Shown: positions 17,854-28,435, numbered from the stretch's first letter. The stretch is DNA of 49,575 bases from Chloroflexota bacterium (GCA_040905225.1 JBBDRY010000126.1:18279-67853); one strand, 5' to 3'. A program made the numbers and translations. Notes: generated from the letters alone by a model not told the origin.

Positions 17854-18978
17854 CTAGGGCAGGTCGGCGCGGGTCAGCGTTCGTGCCGGGCGGTCGGCCG
17901 CGCGAGCGAGCGCCAGCTCAACAATCTTCTCGGAGATGGCTCCGAAGTCGTAGCCGCCGGTCGCGCACAGAACAGGGAAAAGGCTTATCGGCGTGAAGCC
18001 CGGGATCGTGTTGATCTCGTTCAGGTACAGCGTGCCCTCCTTGTCCACGAGGAAGTCGACCCGCGCAAATCCTTCGGCACCGATGGCCAGATAGGCGCCG
18101 CGCGCGATGTCGTGGATCTGGGACCGCAACGCGGGGTCAACGTCGGGCCGATCAGTCGTGCGCGAGACGCCGTCGCTGTACTTTGCCGTGTAGTCGTAGA
18201 ACTCGTGGCCGGGAAAGATCTCTCCGGGGCCATAACTCTCCAGGTCAAGCTCCGAGTTGCCGAGGACGCTCATCTCGAGCTCGCGCGCGCGGTCGAGATA
18301 GGCCTCGACCAGAACGGAGTCGCCGTAGCTCAGGGCCTCCACGACGGCGCCACCGGCGTATTCGGGGTCGCCTGGCTTGTGAACGATCGAGATCCCCACG
18401 GACGAGCCAAGCCGCGTGGGCTTGACCACGACGCGCGGGTCCGGCAACGAGCTCGCGAACTCCGCGATGCGCCGTTGTGCGCCAGCCGGATCCTGTTTCC
18501 ACTCCGCCGCCGAGAGCTCTATCCAGGGCACGACCGGCATGCCCAGAGCGCGCGTTATCCGTTTGAAAAGCGCCTTGTCCATGCCGATTGCGGAGGCCGC
18601 TACGCGTGCGCCGGTGTAGACGAGGTCAGCCGACTCGCACAACGCCTGGACCGTTCCATCTTCTCCGAACGGCCCATGCAGGGCGATGAAAACGATTGGG
18701 GTCGGTTGCTGCGCCCGGATCTGGTGGAGCGCACGGCCGGACGGCAGCGGCCCTTCGGCGCCCAGTGCCGCCGGATCGTCGTAGGCGGTAGGCGGAAGCT
18801 GACGGTCCAGCGCCGAGTCGGGCAGGCGCCACCACCGTCCGTCTAGACCGATCAGCCAGCCCTCCACTTGGTGGCCGCGCTCCAGGAGCGCCGCCGCGAT
18901 GGCGCGGCCAGAAACCAGCGAGACGTCGTGCTCGGCCGATGGGCCGCCGATGAGGACCGCGACGGAAGTCGGGCTCAC
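17854..18978 (-). CDS. ddl: D-alanine--D-alanine ligase
   Basis: GGPSAEHDVSLVSG, ALHGPFGEDG, GSSVG, FYDYTAKY, EINTIPGFT. GTGA coupling to murB. Confidence 0.96.
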   Translation of the reverse strand: MSPTSVAVLIGGPSAEHDVSLVSGRAIAAALLERGHQVEGWLIGLDGRWWRLPDSALDRQLPPTAYDDPAALGAEGPLPSGRALHQIRAQQPTPIVFIALHGPFGEDGTVQALCESADLVYTGARVAASAIGMDKALFKRITRALGMPVVPWIELSAAEWKQDPAGAQRRIAEFASSLPDPRVVVKPTRLGSSVGISIVHKPGDPEYAGGAVVEALSYGDSVLVEAYLDRARELEMSVLGNSELDLESYGPGEIFPGHEFYDYTAKYSDGVSRTTDRPDVDPALRSQIHDIARGAYLAIGAEGFARVDFLVDKEGTLYLNEINTIPGFTPISLFPVLCATGGYDFGAISEKIVELALARAADRPARTLTRADLP

Positions 18979-19967
18979 GCCTCCGATTCCCAGCCCGACC
19001 AATCTCCAGCGAACATGATCTCGAAGACGAGCTCGAAACCCGTTTCGCGACGGACACGCTCCCGGACCAGCTCGCCCAGACGGCGCACGTCGGAGGCCGT
19101 CCCGTTCTGATCGTTGACGATGAAGTTGGCGTGCTTCTCGCTCACGACCGCGCCGCCGATCCGAGTCCCTTTGAGGCCCAGACCGTCGATCAACGCCCCG
19201 GCCGACTGGCTTTCCGACGGATTGCGGAAGACGCTCCCGGCGGATGGCATGCCAAGGGGTTGATGCGCCTGGCGCCACTTCCGGATCTCGTCAAGGCGGC
19301 GACCGATCTCGTCAGAGTCGGCGGGAGTCAGATCGAAGGAAGCCCAAGCGACGACGTCCGGTGAGTTGGGAGGGGCGTGCTTGAGCACGCTGTCGCGGTA
19401 GGCTAGGCCAAGCCCGTCCGCATCGAGCGTCGCCTCAGTTCCGTCTCCGCGTAGAACGGATGCCTCCGCTAGGACCGTGCGTATGTCGGACTCGTGGGCC
19501 CCTGCATTGGCCCACACCGCGCCACCGACGGAGCCAGGGATGGCCAGCCCGAATTCGAGCCCGGACAGACCCTCCGCGCGGCAGATGGTCGCCGCCCGCG
19601 CCATCGGCAAGCCTGAGTCGGCTGTCAATCGCGCGCCCTCGAAGCGCACCTGCTGGGCGCGGTTGTGGATGACCAGGCCGCGCACGCCGGCATCGCTGAT
19701 CACGAGGTCCGAGCCGCGGCCGAGGATGAAATGAGGCAGCCCGCGCGAGCGTGCGAAACGGACGATCGCGCGCAGCTCGAACAGGTTGTGAATCTCGGCG
19801 AACAGGTCGGCGGGGCCGCCGACGCGCATGGTAGTGAATCGGCTGAGTGGTTCGTGACGGGAGGTCTTGACGCCGATGCGGCGCTGGATATCCGTCCCGA
19901 GGCGTGTCAGGTCCTCTTCGCTCAGCCGCCCACTCGACCCCTCTGCCAGTGTCAGCGCCTCCGTCAA
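18975..19967 (-). CDS. murB: UDP-N-acetylenolpyruvoylglucosamine reductase
   Basis: TTMRVGGPAD, IPGSVGGAVWANAGA, PSAGSVFRNP, VSEKHANFIVN. TTG start overlaps the murG stop, GGAGGAG RBS. Confidence 0.95.
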   Translation of the reverse strand: MTEALTLAEGSSGRLSEEDLTRLGTDIQRRIGVKTSRHEPLSRFTTMRVGGPADLFAEIHNLFELRAIVRFARSRGLPHFILGRGSDLVISDAGVRGLVIHNRAQQVRFEGARLTADSGLPMARAATICRAEGLSGLEFGLAIPGSVGGAVWANAGAHESDIRTVLAEASVLRGDGTEATLDADGLGLAYRDSVLKHAPPNSPDVVAWASFDLTPADSDEIGRRLDEIRKWRQAHQPLGMPSAGSVFRNPSESQSAGALIDGLGLKGTRIGGAVVSEKHANFIVNDQNGTASDVRRLGELVRERVRRETGFELVFEIMFAGDWSGWESEA

Positions 19968-21112
19968 GACTTCTCCTCCGCCCGCGACATTCGTTCTATG
20001 GCTGTCGGGCTCGGCAACGCGGTCCGCTCGGCGAGTGCGAGGACCAGCTCCGCGACCGCGGCGGCCGCGCCCGGCCGGCCGAATCCTCGAGCCGCTGCGC
20101 ACATCGCGTCGAGCGCTGCGCGGTCCTCGAGCAGCCGCGCGGCTTCGATCAGTGCCGCGGCGTCGAACTCATCGTCGGGCACGATGCGCACGGCCCCTGC
20201 CTCCGCGAGCGCACGAGCGTTCGCCATCTGGTGCGCGGACGCATGTGGGTAGGGAACGACGACCATCGGCAAGCCCAGCGCACTGGCCTCCGCCAGTGTT
20301 GACGAACCGGCGCGGCCGACGAGCAGATCCGCGGCGATCAGCGCGTCTGTCATCTCCGAGCGCAGGAACGCGTACGGCCGGTACCGCGGGCGCTGCTCGG
20401 CGGGCAGCTTCTCGCGCCGCTTGAGTGCGTCGGCATAGCCCGCTTCACCGGTCATGTGAAGCACGTGAACCTTGCTCACGAGCTGGGTGAGTGACTCGGC
20501 CACCGCACGGTTCAGCCGCCGGACTGCCTGGGAGCCGCCAAACACGAAGAGCACCGGCACATCGGGGACGATCCCGAGTGCCGCCCGCGCCTGCGCGCGA
20601 TCGCGGCCCGCAAACGAGCGGATCGGTGTCCCCGTCACGTAGCACGGCCCGGGCAAAGCATCGCAAGTCTCGGCAAAGCTCACGGCGAGGGCGCGGGCAA
20701 GCCGCGCGGTCGCGCGCACGCTCCGCCCGGGCACCAGGTTGCCCTCCCACATGAGGCTCGGCACGCGCAGGCTGGCCGCGGCCGTGACCACGGGGATCGC
20801 GACATAGCCGCCGGTCGTGAAGATCACGTTCGGCCGCCAGCGCGCAAGGAAGGCCGCAACCTGGGGCACGGATGCCGTGAGTCGGAGCGGGTCAAGGACG
20901 ATGTGCGGGGAGACGTCGACCGTGCGCAGGGAGCGCAATAGCAGGCTGTCGTACTGGAAACCTTCGGCTGGAACGATGGTCGATTCGAGGCCGCGCCGCC
21001 CACCCAGCCAGCGGAACTCGGCGTCAGGCACCCGCTCGCGCAGGGACCGCGCGACGGCCAGCGCCGGGTACACGTGCCCGCCGGTTCCACCGGCGGCGAT
21101 CAGGATCCGCAT
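19964..21112 (-). CDS. murG: Undecaprenyl-PP-MurNAc-pentapeptide GlcNAc transferase
   Basis: AAGGTGGHVYPALA, TGGYV, GGSQA, RAGSSTLAE, HQMANA. Confidence 0.96.
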   Translation of the reverse strand: MRILIAAGGTGGHVYPALAVARSLRERVPDAEFRWLGGRRGLESTIVPAEGFQYDSLLLRSLRTVDVSPHIVLDPLRLTASVPQVAAFLARWRPNVIFTTGGYVAIPVVTAAASLRVPSLMWEGNLVPGRSVRATARLARALAVSFAETCDALPGPCYVTGTPIRSFAGRDRAQARAALGIVPDVPVLFVFGGSQAVRRLNRAVAESLTQLVSKVHVLHMTGEAGYADALKRREKLPAEQRPRYRPYAFLRSEMTDALIAADLLVGRAGSSTLAEASALGLPMVVVPYPHASAHQMANARALAEAGAVRIVPDDEFDAAALIEAARLLEDRAALDAMCAAARGFGRPGAAAAVAELVLALAERTALPSPTAIERMSRAEEKS

Positions 21113-22295
21113 CGTTCCAGGTTCCTCGGGCAACGGTCTCGCGTGAGATCGAAAGCAGGATACCGACGGCGGCGAACGAGACGAGAAGCGACGACCCGCC
21201 GGCGGAGACGAACGGCAACGTGATACCGGTTATCGGCAGCAGCACCACGACCACGCCGATGTTGATGAACGCCTGGAGCGTCAGCCAGGCCGTGATGCCG
21301 GTCGCCAAAAGCGCCCCGAATGTATCGGGAGCACCGAGCGCCACGCGAACGCCCCGGTACGCGAACAGCAGATAGAAACCGATGACCGCTAGCCCACCGA
21401 CGAGCCCGAGCTCCTGCGCCACCACAGCGAACACGAAGTCGTTCTGTGCTGCCGGCAGGTGCAACGCTCCTGGCTGGCGGCTCTCGCCCAGGCCGATCCC
21501 GAGCACTCCCCCTGTCCCAAGCGCGAGCAGTCCCTGGACGGTATGGAAGCCGATCCCCTGCGGGTCTGCCCACGGGTCCAGGAATGCCTGGACACGCTGC
21601 ATCTGGTAGGTGCTGTTCGTGACGGCATATGCCACTGCCGCGGCCCCGAGCGGGGTGATCAGGGCGAGCTGCCACAGGCTGCCCCCGGCGACGAAGAACA
21701 TCGTGAAGGCGGACAGTGTCAGCACGCCCATGGTGCCCAGATCCGGCTCGAGCAGGACGAGGAGCAGCAATGGCCCGGTGATCAATAGGAATGGCACGAG
21801 GCCGTCGAACAGCGAGCTGGCGCGCGATCCCTTGCGCGTCAGCCAGTGGGCCAGGTAAATGACCAGGGCCAGCTTGGCGAACTCGGCAGGATGCATCGCG
21901 GGCAGCGGGCCTACCTGGAGCCAGCGGGAGGAGCCACCGACTTCGATCGGCCGCAGCGGACCCATCGGCGGCAGCAGCACGACGACGAGGAGCACCATCG
22001 CGCACACGAAGGCCGGGATCGACACGAGACGCAGGTATCGATAGTCCAGGCGCATGAAGACGACCATGACCACCGCACCGAGCACCGCCCAGAACGCCTG
22101 CGGCCCGACGACCGCAAACGGGTCGTCGCGTTGGAGCAGAGAGCTGACGCCGGAGCTCGAGTAGACCATCAGGATCCCGATCGACGCCAGGGCGACGATG
22201 CTGACCAGTAGGAGGTAATCAGGCTCGTGGCGCTCGCGCTGTATGCCTCGGAGCGTCTTCACGGCGGCCGAACCCGCTTTCCTCGTCGCAGTCAT
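21024..22295 (-). CDS. ftsW: SEDS peptidoglycan glycosyltransferase FtsW
   Basis: GILMVYSSS, GSSRW, PAEFAK, EPDLGT, LPAAQNDFVF, GITLPFVSAGGSS. Confidence 0.95.
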   Translation of the reverse strand: MTATRKAGSAAVKTLRGIQRERHEPDYLLLVSIVALASIGILMVYSSSGVSSLLQRDDPFAVVGPQAFWAVLGAVVMVVFMRLDYRYLRLVSIPAFVCAMVLLVVVLLPPMGPLRPIEVGGSSRWLQVGPLPAMHPAEFAKLALVIYLAHWLTRKGSRASSLFDGLVPFLLITGPLLLLVLLEPDLGTMGVLTLSAFTMFFVAGGSLWQLALITPLGAAAVAYAVTNSTYQMQRVQAFLDPWADPQGIGFHTVQGLLALGTGGVLGIGLGESRQPGALHLPAAQNDFVFAVVAQELGLVGGLAVIGFYLLFAYRGVRVALGAPDTFGALLATGITAWLTLQAFINIGVVVVLLPITGITLPFVSAGGSSLLVSFAAVGILLSISRETVARGTWNDADPDRRRWNRRARVPGAGRRAVPARAGA

Positions 22296-23803
22296 GTGCC
22301 ACGCTCCGCGGCGATCCGCGCGACGGCGTCCTTGAAGGCCTGGCCACGAGCGGCGTAGTCGGCAAACATGTCGAAGCTCGTTGCGGCAGGGCTGAGCAGC
22401 ACCGTCGCCATCCCGTTGGCCGGGCGCAATTCGCGGGCGATCGCGAACGCCCGTCTCACGGCCGCGTCGAGATCCGATACGCGTTCGGCCCGCGCGAGCC
22501 CGGCGCTCGAGAACAGCGTGGCCATCTCATCGGCCGTCTCGCCCATCAGTACGGCTGCCGCGGCGCGATCTGCCACGACAACGGCCAGCTCGTCGAGCGG
22601 CACGTTCTTGGTGCGCCCACCCGCGATCAGCACGATGGGCGGAGCGAAGCTGCGCAGCGCTGCCATGACGGCATCCGGCTGAGTGCCCTGCGAGTCGTTG
22701 ACGAAGGTGACGCCGTCGATCGTGGCCACGCCTTCGAGGCGGTGCTCGACGCCGGTGAACCCACCGACAGCATTCCGGATGGCGTCCGGCGCGATGCCGA
22801 AGATCAGGCCCACGGTCACCGCCGCAAGGACGTTGCTGGTGTTGTGCGCTCCGGGGACGAGCACCTCGCCGAGGGGCATGACTCGGCCGCCTCCACCGGT
22901 TGCGGCGGCGCCTGCGCCAACGGAGTGCAGTCGCTCAACGTTGTCGGCGACGATCCAACCGTCGCGGACACCCACGCCACCCGCCGGCGGCTCGGCGCGG
23001 TCGTAGAAGACGGCAGAGGCCGCGCTTGTCGCCGCGAACGCGGAGCTGACCGGATCCTCCGAGTTCAGGACCAGCCGGCCGTCGGCAGGAGTGAGCTCCG
23101 CCAGTCGTCGCTTGGCTGCGCGGTACGCCTCGAGTGTCCCGTGGCGGTCCAGATGGTCGCTCGTCACGTGCGTGTAAACGGCCACGTCAGTGCCGCGCGA
23201 GATCGTCGGCAGCTGGAGCTCCGAAAGCTCGACCACGACCAGATGCGCCGGCGTGAGTTCGGGGAGGCGCTCTACGAGTGGGACGCCGATGTTCCCGCCC
23301 AGGATCACCGGCGCGGCGCCTCGTCCGAGCACTGCCGCGATGAGCGTGCTGGTGGTCGTTTTGCCCTTGGTGCCCGTCACACCCACGGTCGTGGCGGGGC
23401 ACAGCCGCAGGAACAGGTCGACCTCGCTAACGACCGGGACGCGGCCAGCGGCTTCGAGCTCGGCCAGCGCTGCCCGCATGCGCGGCTCCGTCGTCGGATA
23501 GCGGCTATTGATCGAGGGCGACGTCGCGATCATCGCCTGTTCAGCGAGCGCGGCGGCGGGCTCGACGTCCGGCCCGACCAAGAGCCGGGCAGGCCTGCCC
23601 TCGAGCTGCTCGATCTGCGCAGTGAGCTCGGAGCTCGGGCGGGCGTCATAGACGGTGACGAGCGCCCCGCGGTCGGCCAGGAACCGCGCCAGCGCGACTC
23701 CGCTGCGCGCCAGGCCGAGGACTGCCACCGGCTGGCCGTGGAACGAGTCGAGCGTCAGCCGGTCCAGATCGATCGCCGTGGGCGCTTCGGCCATCACGGT
23801 CAC
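22292..23803 (-). CDS. murD: UDP-N-acetylmuramoyl-L-alanine--D-glutamate ligase
   Basis: VLGLARSG, GVTGTKGKTTT, GGNIG, DHLDRH, GVEHRLE, VLLSPAATSFDMF. Start at 23803 (GTG) or 23794 (ATG). Confidence 0.95.
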   Translation of the reverse strand: MTVMAEAPTAIDLDRLTLDSFHGQPVAVLGLARSGVALARFLADRGALVTVYDARPSSELTAQIEQLEGRPARLLVGPDVEPAAALAEQAMIATSPSINSRYPTTEPRMRAALAELEAAGRVPVVSEVDLFLRLCPATTVGVTGTKGKTTTSTLIAAVLGRGAAPVILGGNIGVPLVERLPELTPAHLVVVELSELQLPTISRGTDVAVYTHVTSDHLDRHGTLEAYRAAKRRLAELTPADGRLVLNSEDPVSSAFAATSAASAVFYDRAEPPAGGVGVRDGWIVADNVERLHSVGAGAAATGGGGRVMPLGEVLVPGAHNTSNVLAAVTVGLIFGIAPDAIRNAVGGFTGVEHRLEGVATIDGVTFVNDSQGTQPDAVMAALRSFAPPIVLIAGGRTKNVPLDELAVVVADRAAAAVLMGETADEMATLFSSAGLARAERVSDLDAAVRRAFAIARELRPANGMATVLLSPAATSFDMFADYAARGQAFKDAVARIAAERGT

Positions 23804-24792
23804 GGCGTCGGCACGTACGTCGAGAAGAAGAACGTCACGCCGAGAAGCGCGGCGAGCACGCCGACGATCCAGAAGCGCATCGTGATCTTCTCTTCGTCCC
23901 AGCCGGCGAGCTCGAAGTGGTGATGCAGCGGTGCCATGCGGAAGATGCGCCGACCAGTGAGCTTGAAGCTCGCGATCTGGAGGATGTCCGAGCCGACCTC
24001 CAGCACGAAGATGATGCCGATCAAGGGCAGCAGCAGGATCTGGCCGGTGATCAGGCCGATGACAGCCAGGGTTGCCCCCATCGCGAGCGCCCCCGAATCG
24101 CCCATGAACACCTGCGCCGGATGCACGTTGAACCAGAGGAAGCCAAGGAGGGCGCCGATCAACAACGCACACAGGATCGCCAGGTTCTGCTGGCCGGCCA
24201 GGAGAGCGATGATCAGGTAAGCCACGAAGGCGAAGATCAACGTGCCGCCGGCGAGGCCGTCGAGCCCATCGGTGAAATTGACGCCGTTGGTGGTGGCCAC
24301 GATGGCAAAGCCCGCGAAGAGCACATACGCCCAGGGGGCTATCGCGATGTCCCCCACGAACGGCACCGTTACGGCGGTGATCGCATAAGTGCTCTGGATC
24401 TGGAACGCGATGGCACCGGCGACAACCACCTGCCAGAGCAGCTTCTGGCGGATGCGAATGCCCTCGCCGGTCGTCGAGTTGAGATAGTCGTCCGCGGCAC
24501 CGAGGATGCCAACAACGACGAGCGTCAGGATTGGCGCGATCGTCTGCGGGCCGAGGAAGTCGCCACCGGCGATGAAGTGGAACAGGAGTGCCGAGCCGGT
24601 AACCACGGCGATCATGAGCACGCCGCCCATCGACGGGGTGCCCTCCTTGACCATGTGCGAGCCGGGGCCCTCGGTCCTGATGCGCTTGCCGAAACCGACG
24701 CGGCGCAATACCAGGATGAAAGGCGGCATGAGGATCACGACGAGCGCGAAGGCGAGCAGGATGGCCTGAACGAGCGGCGCGGCGACGTTCAC
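23800..24792 (-). CDS. mraY: Phospho-N-acetylmuramoyl-pentapeptide transferase
   Basis: KEGTPSMGG, NGVNFTDGLDGL, FMGDSGA, RMAPLHHHFEL. Confidence 0.97.
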   Translation of the reverse strand: MNVAAPLVQAILLAFALVVILMPPFILVLRRVGFGKRIRTEGPGSHMVKEGTPSMGGVLMIAVVTGSALLFHFIAGGDFLGPQTIAPILTLVVVGILGAADDYLNSTTGEGIRIRQKLLWQVVVAGAIAFQIQSTYAITAVTVPFVGDIAIAPWAYVLFAGFAIVATTNGVNFTDGLDGLAGGTLIFAFVAYLIIALLAGQQNLAILCALLIGALLGFLWFNVHPAQVFMGDSGALAMGATLAVIGLITGQILLLPLIGIIFVLEVGSDILQIASFKLTGRRIFRMAPLHHHFELAGWDEEKITMRFWIVGVLAALLGVTFFFSTYVPTP

Positions 24793-26249
24793 CCGAACCG
24801 CTCCATCTGTTTGGCTAGGCGCTCTAGGACGGGCAGGAGCTCATCCATCCGCGCACCGCGTGAGCCCTTGAGTAGGACAACGTCGCCAGTCCGAAGGCCG
24901 GCCTCCTCGGGGACCTCCATGATGTCGTCCCGGCCTGCGAATGCAATCGCGGCGCGGCCGCGCCGCGCTCCGTACGCGTAATCGCCGTCGGGGACCACGA
25001 GCAGGTCGACGACTTGACCGGCGTGCTCGCCGACTCGACGATGTTCCGCCTCTGAAGCCCCGCCGAGCTCCAACATCTCTCCCAAGATTGCGACGTGGCG
25101 GCCGGGCAGGCTCGCCAGCAGGTCGAGCGCGGCGATCATCGAGTCGGGGCTGGCGTTGTAGCTGTCGTCGAGGACCTTGATCGGTCCCATGTCGATGAGC
25201 GTCGTGCGGTGTGGTGCGCTCCACACACGAGCCAAGCCGCGCGCGATCGTCTCCAGGTCCAGCCCGGCCACGATCCCGACCGCCGCCGCGGCCAAGGCGT
25301 TATGGACGCTGTGCCTGCCGAGCGCCGGTGTCGTCACTTCAACGGCATCGCCCGCGGCGCGCAGCTCGAACAGCATCCCGTCGAATCCGCGCGACGTGAC
25401 ATGTTCAGCCCTTACGTCGGCGCCGACGTCGAAGCCGTATGTGATCACGCGAACGTTCTCAGCAACATGGATTGCCATCCGTGCGACGCGCGGATCGTCG
25501 GCATTGAGGATCGCGCTGCCCCCAGACGGCAGGGCTTCAACCAGCTCGCGCTTTCCGCGTTCGATCTCGTCGATCGACCCGGCGCGAGAGAGATGCGTGG
25601 CGCGAACCGCAGTAACGACTCCGATCTTCGGCCGTGCCAGCGCCGCGAGGAGGGCAATGTCTGTTCGCTGGTACATGCCCATCTCGAGCACCGCGACGTC
25701 GTGCTCCGGTCCCAGGCGCAGAAGCGTGAGCGGCAGGCCGATCTCGTTGTTCTCGTTGGCCGTGTTGCGCAGGACGTTCCACCGCTCCGAAAGAACCTCG
25801 GCGACCTGCTCCTTGGTCGAAGTCTTGGCGAGCGACCCGGTGACACCCACAACCAGGGGCTCGAACCGGTTGCGCCATTCGGCAGCGGCCTGCTGGAGTG
25901 CTACGGTCGCATCGCCGACGGCGATGATCGATGGGCCGCCTGAGTCACGCAGGCGTGTCGCCTCCTCGTCGGGCACATCCGCCGTGACAACGAGCGCGGC
26001 CGCACCACGTTGTGCGGCATCAACCAGGAACCGGTGGCCGTCGGTGCGTTCGCCGGGAAGCGCAAAGAAGGCGTTGCCCGGCTCGACTCGGCGGGAGTCG
26101 ACGGCGCCGCCTCGAATCGCACGTCTTCCCTCGCGCACGACTTTGCCGGAGACGGCTTGCGCCAGGGACGCTGCATCGAAGGCGACGCTCGTGGCGGTGT
26201 CACGGACCGGATCGGACAAGGGCTGGAATTCTCGCACGGGGTCGTTCAC
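24789..26249 (-). CDS. murF: UDP-N-acetylmuramoyl-tripeptide--D-Ala-D-Ala ligase
   Basis: DSRRV, GERTDGHRF, GVTGSLAKTSTKE, NNEIGLPLT, DDSYNASP, LGEMLELG, KGSRG. Confidence 0.95.
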   Translation of the reverse strand: MNDPVREFQPLSDPVRDTATSVAFDAASLAQAVSGKVVREGRRAIRGGAVDSRRVEPGNAFFALPGERTDGHRFLVDAAQRGAAALVVTADVPDEEATRLRDSGGPSIIAVGDATVALQQAAAEWRNRFEPLVVGVTGSLAKTSTKEQVAEVLSERWNVLRNTANENNEIGLPLTLLRLGPEHDVAVLEMGMYQRTDIALLAALARPKIGVVTAVRATHLSRAGSIDEIERGKRELVEALPSGGSAILNADDPRVARMAIHVAENVRVITYGFDVGADVRAEHVTSRGFDGMLFELRAAGDAVEVTTPALGRHSVHNALAAAAVGIVAGLDLETIARGLARVWSAPHRTTLIDMGPIKVLDDSYNASPDSMIAALDLLASLPGRHVAILGEMLELGGASEAEHRRVGEHAGQVVDLLVVPDGDYAYGARRGRAAIAFAGRDDIMEVPEEAGLRTGDVVLLKGSRGARMDELLPVLERLAKQMERFG

Positions 26250-28030
26250 AGCTCGCCGGCGTCACTTGGCGCCGTCGTGGGCGGGTCTCCGAGCGGCGGG
26301 ATCTCGAGTGCCGCGATCGTGTCGAGTGCCACGCGCCGGAAGAGCTCGTTCGAGGACATCTCAAGGGTCATGCCCCAGTTGCGCTTGACGTGCGGCTCGG
26401 TGTCGTGGATGCGGACGAGGATGACTGCCTCAGGGCGCTCGGCGCCCACGAATCCGACGAACGTGTGGTTGTACGTGTCTTCCATCCACGCTCCGGCGCG
26501 CTGGTCCCAGATCTGCGCGGTACCGGTCTTGCCGCCGACGACATAGCCCGGGATCAGAGTCTCGGCCGCGTAGTGCGGGCCCCCTTCGACGACGTGGACC
26601 ATCAGGCTACGCAGCTGGTCGGACAACGCCGTTTCCATGACCTGCTGCATCTCGGGCATGGTCAGCTCTTCATCGCCCAGTGCGGCAATCAGATGCGGCA
26701 CCGGCAGGCGGCCGCCGTTCACCATCGCGCTGAAGCTCGTCGCCAGCTGGAGTGGGGTCACGGCCACGCCCTGGCCGAAGGATCGGTTAACCAGGTCGAT
26801 CTCCTGCCACGGGTCAAGCGACGGATCGGCCACGATGCCCGCGGACTCGTTGCCGAGCTCGATGCCCGTGGGTCGCCCGATGCCCAATCGCTGCCACATG
26901 TCATAGAGGACGGATGCACCCTCGTCGGTCGTTGCGCCGAGCGTCAGTGCCACGCGACCCACTCCGACGTTGCGCGACCGCGCAATGATGTCCTCGAACG
27001 GCACCACGCCGATGCTCCCAAGGTCGCCGTTGCGCACCTCGTTCGAGCCGATGCGCAGAACCTTGCCGTCCGCGACGGGTGTGTCGAGCGTCACCACGCC
27101 CTCCTCGAGCGCGGCCGCGGCCGTGATTATCTTCATGACTGAGCCAGGCTCGTACACCTGGCTCACAACGGGATCGGTGAATAGCTCAGGCGCCTTCTCG
27201 GCTGTTCGGGCGTACTCGTTCGCGTCGTAACCCGGCACAGATGCCCAGGCGAGGATCGCCCCCGTGTATGGGTCCATCACCACCCCAGTCACGCGCGGAG
27301 CCCGGTCCGCGACCCAGGCCGCATAAAGCTCCTTCTCGAGACGTAGCTGAAGGCTGGCGTCGATCGTCAGCCGCACCTGGCCGCCGATCTGGGGAAGCAC
27401 CGGCGCGCCGGCACCAAGACCGGCGGTCGCAGCGTCGGCGCCGGCCAGCAGATCCTGGCCGTACTGCTCGATCCCGTAGCGGCCCTCGCCGTCGTCGGTG
27501 ACGAAGCCGATGAGCTGGCTGGCCAATGTCGTGTCCGGTGAGCCGCCGCTATTTGGATAGAAGCGGAAGGGCTGTGGCTCGAGGTCGAGCGCCGCGAGCT
27601 GCCCACTGAGGAGACCCTCACGAATCCGGTCGCTCTGCTCAACCGTCAGCCGTCTTGAGACGATGGCGTACGGGACCTTGCTTTCGAACGTTCCGATCAG
27701 CTCGTCGAGCTGGCGTCCGTCCAATCCGAGGATGTCGCCCAGACGGCGTGCCACACGGGGTCGCTCCTCATCGTTCAGCAGGTCGGGGTACGCAGCCAAC
27801 CGATCGCGATAGGCGGTGGTGGCCAGCACCGTGCCGTTGCTATCGACGATCTCGCCTCGCCTGGCCTGGGTATCGCCCGGCCTGGCGAGCTGTTCGCTGG
27901 CTCGCGCTCGGAGGTCGTCGCCCTGGCCGATCTGCCAATAGACGAGGCGAAGCCCCAGCGCACCGGCGAAGAGACCCATCAGGCAAAGCAGGAATACCAG
28001 CCTGGCTCGGCTGTCTGTCCGACCGAGCAT
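26246..28030 (-). CDS. ftsI: Class B penicillin-binding protein (FtsI-like)
   Basis: N-terminal TM helix, RRGEIVD, YEPGSVMK (SxxK), SRN (SxN), GKTGTAQ (KTG). Confidence 0.93.
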   Translation of the reverse strand: MLGRTDSRARLVFLLCLMGLFAGALGLRLVYWQIGQGDDLRARASEQLARPGDTQARRGEIVDSNGTVLATTAYRDRLAAYPDLLNDEERPRVARRLGDILGLDGRQLDELIGTFESKVPYAIVSRRLTVEQSDRIREGLLSGQLAALDLEPQPFRFYPNSGGSPDTTLASQLIGFVTDDGEGRYGIEQYGQDLLAGADAATAGLGAGAPVLPQIGGQVRLTIDASLQLRLEKELYAAWVADRAPRVTGVVMDPYTGAILAWASVPGYDANEYARTAEKAPELFTDPVVSQVYEPGSVMKIITAAAALEEGVVTLDTPVADGKVLRIGSNEVRNGDLGSIGVVPFEDIIARSRNVGVGRVALTLGATTDEGASVLYDMWQRLGIGRPTGIELGNESAGIVADPSLDPWQEIDLVNRSFGQGVAVTPLQLATSFSAMVNGGRLPVPHLIAALGDEELTMPEMQQVMETALSDQLRSLMVHVVEGGPHYAAETLIPGYVVGGKTGTAQIWDQRAGAWMEDTYNHTFVGFVGAERPEAVILVRIHDTEPHVKRNWGMTLEMSSNELFRRVALDTIAALEIPPLGDPPTTAPSDAGEL

Positions 28031-28033
28031 CGG

Positions 28034-28435
28034 TCAGCGGGCTGGCAATCGAATCCTGGTTTCGAGCTGATTCAGCCCGATCCGCTGAGCACGCTCGAGG
28101 ACGGTTGCCTCCGTTCCCCAGCGCAGCACGCTCGTTTCGAGCGTCTGGACCTGGCGGGCCAGGTCGTCGCGTTCCGCGATCAGACCGTCGATCTCATAGT
28201 TCGTGGCCGCGAGCTGGATCGTCTGGGCCACATAGATCAGGCCGACCACCAGCGCGACGAGGACGACCGCGATGACGGCGCCGAATGGCTGGGAGCGACG
28301 GCGGGCACGAGCGGGACTGGAGATGCGACGCCTGTGGCTATTGGCCAGCGGGCGAGCCCCGGCGCGTTGCTGAACGCGAGGGTTGATGCCCAGGCCACCG
28401 GCGACCATTGGTCGCGCGCCCTGCAAGACCGTCAC
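28034..28435 (-). CDS. ftsL: FtsL-like septum formation protein
   Basis: Basic N-terminus, one TM helix, coiled coil, then ERAQRIGL; lies directly upstream of ftsI. Confidence 0.7.
   Translation of the reverse strand: MTVLQGARPMVAGGLGINPRVQQRAGARPLANSHRRRISSPARARRRSQPFGAVIAVVLVALVVGLIYVAQTIQLAATNYEIDGLIAERDDLARQVQTLETSVLRWGTEATVLERAQRIGLNQLETRIRLPAR

Noticed and set aside
21024-21112. 89-nt ftsW/murG overlap
   Set aside because: Both proteins are complete; a low-complexity C-terminal run-on is common in GC-rich dcw clusters.
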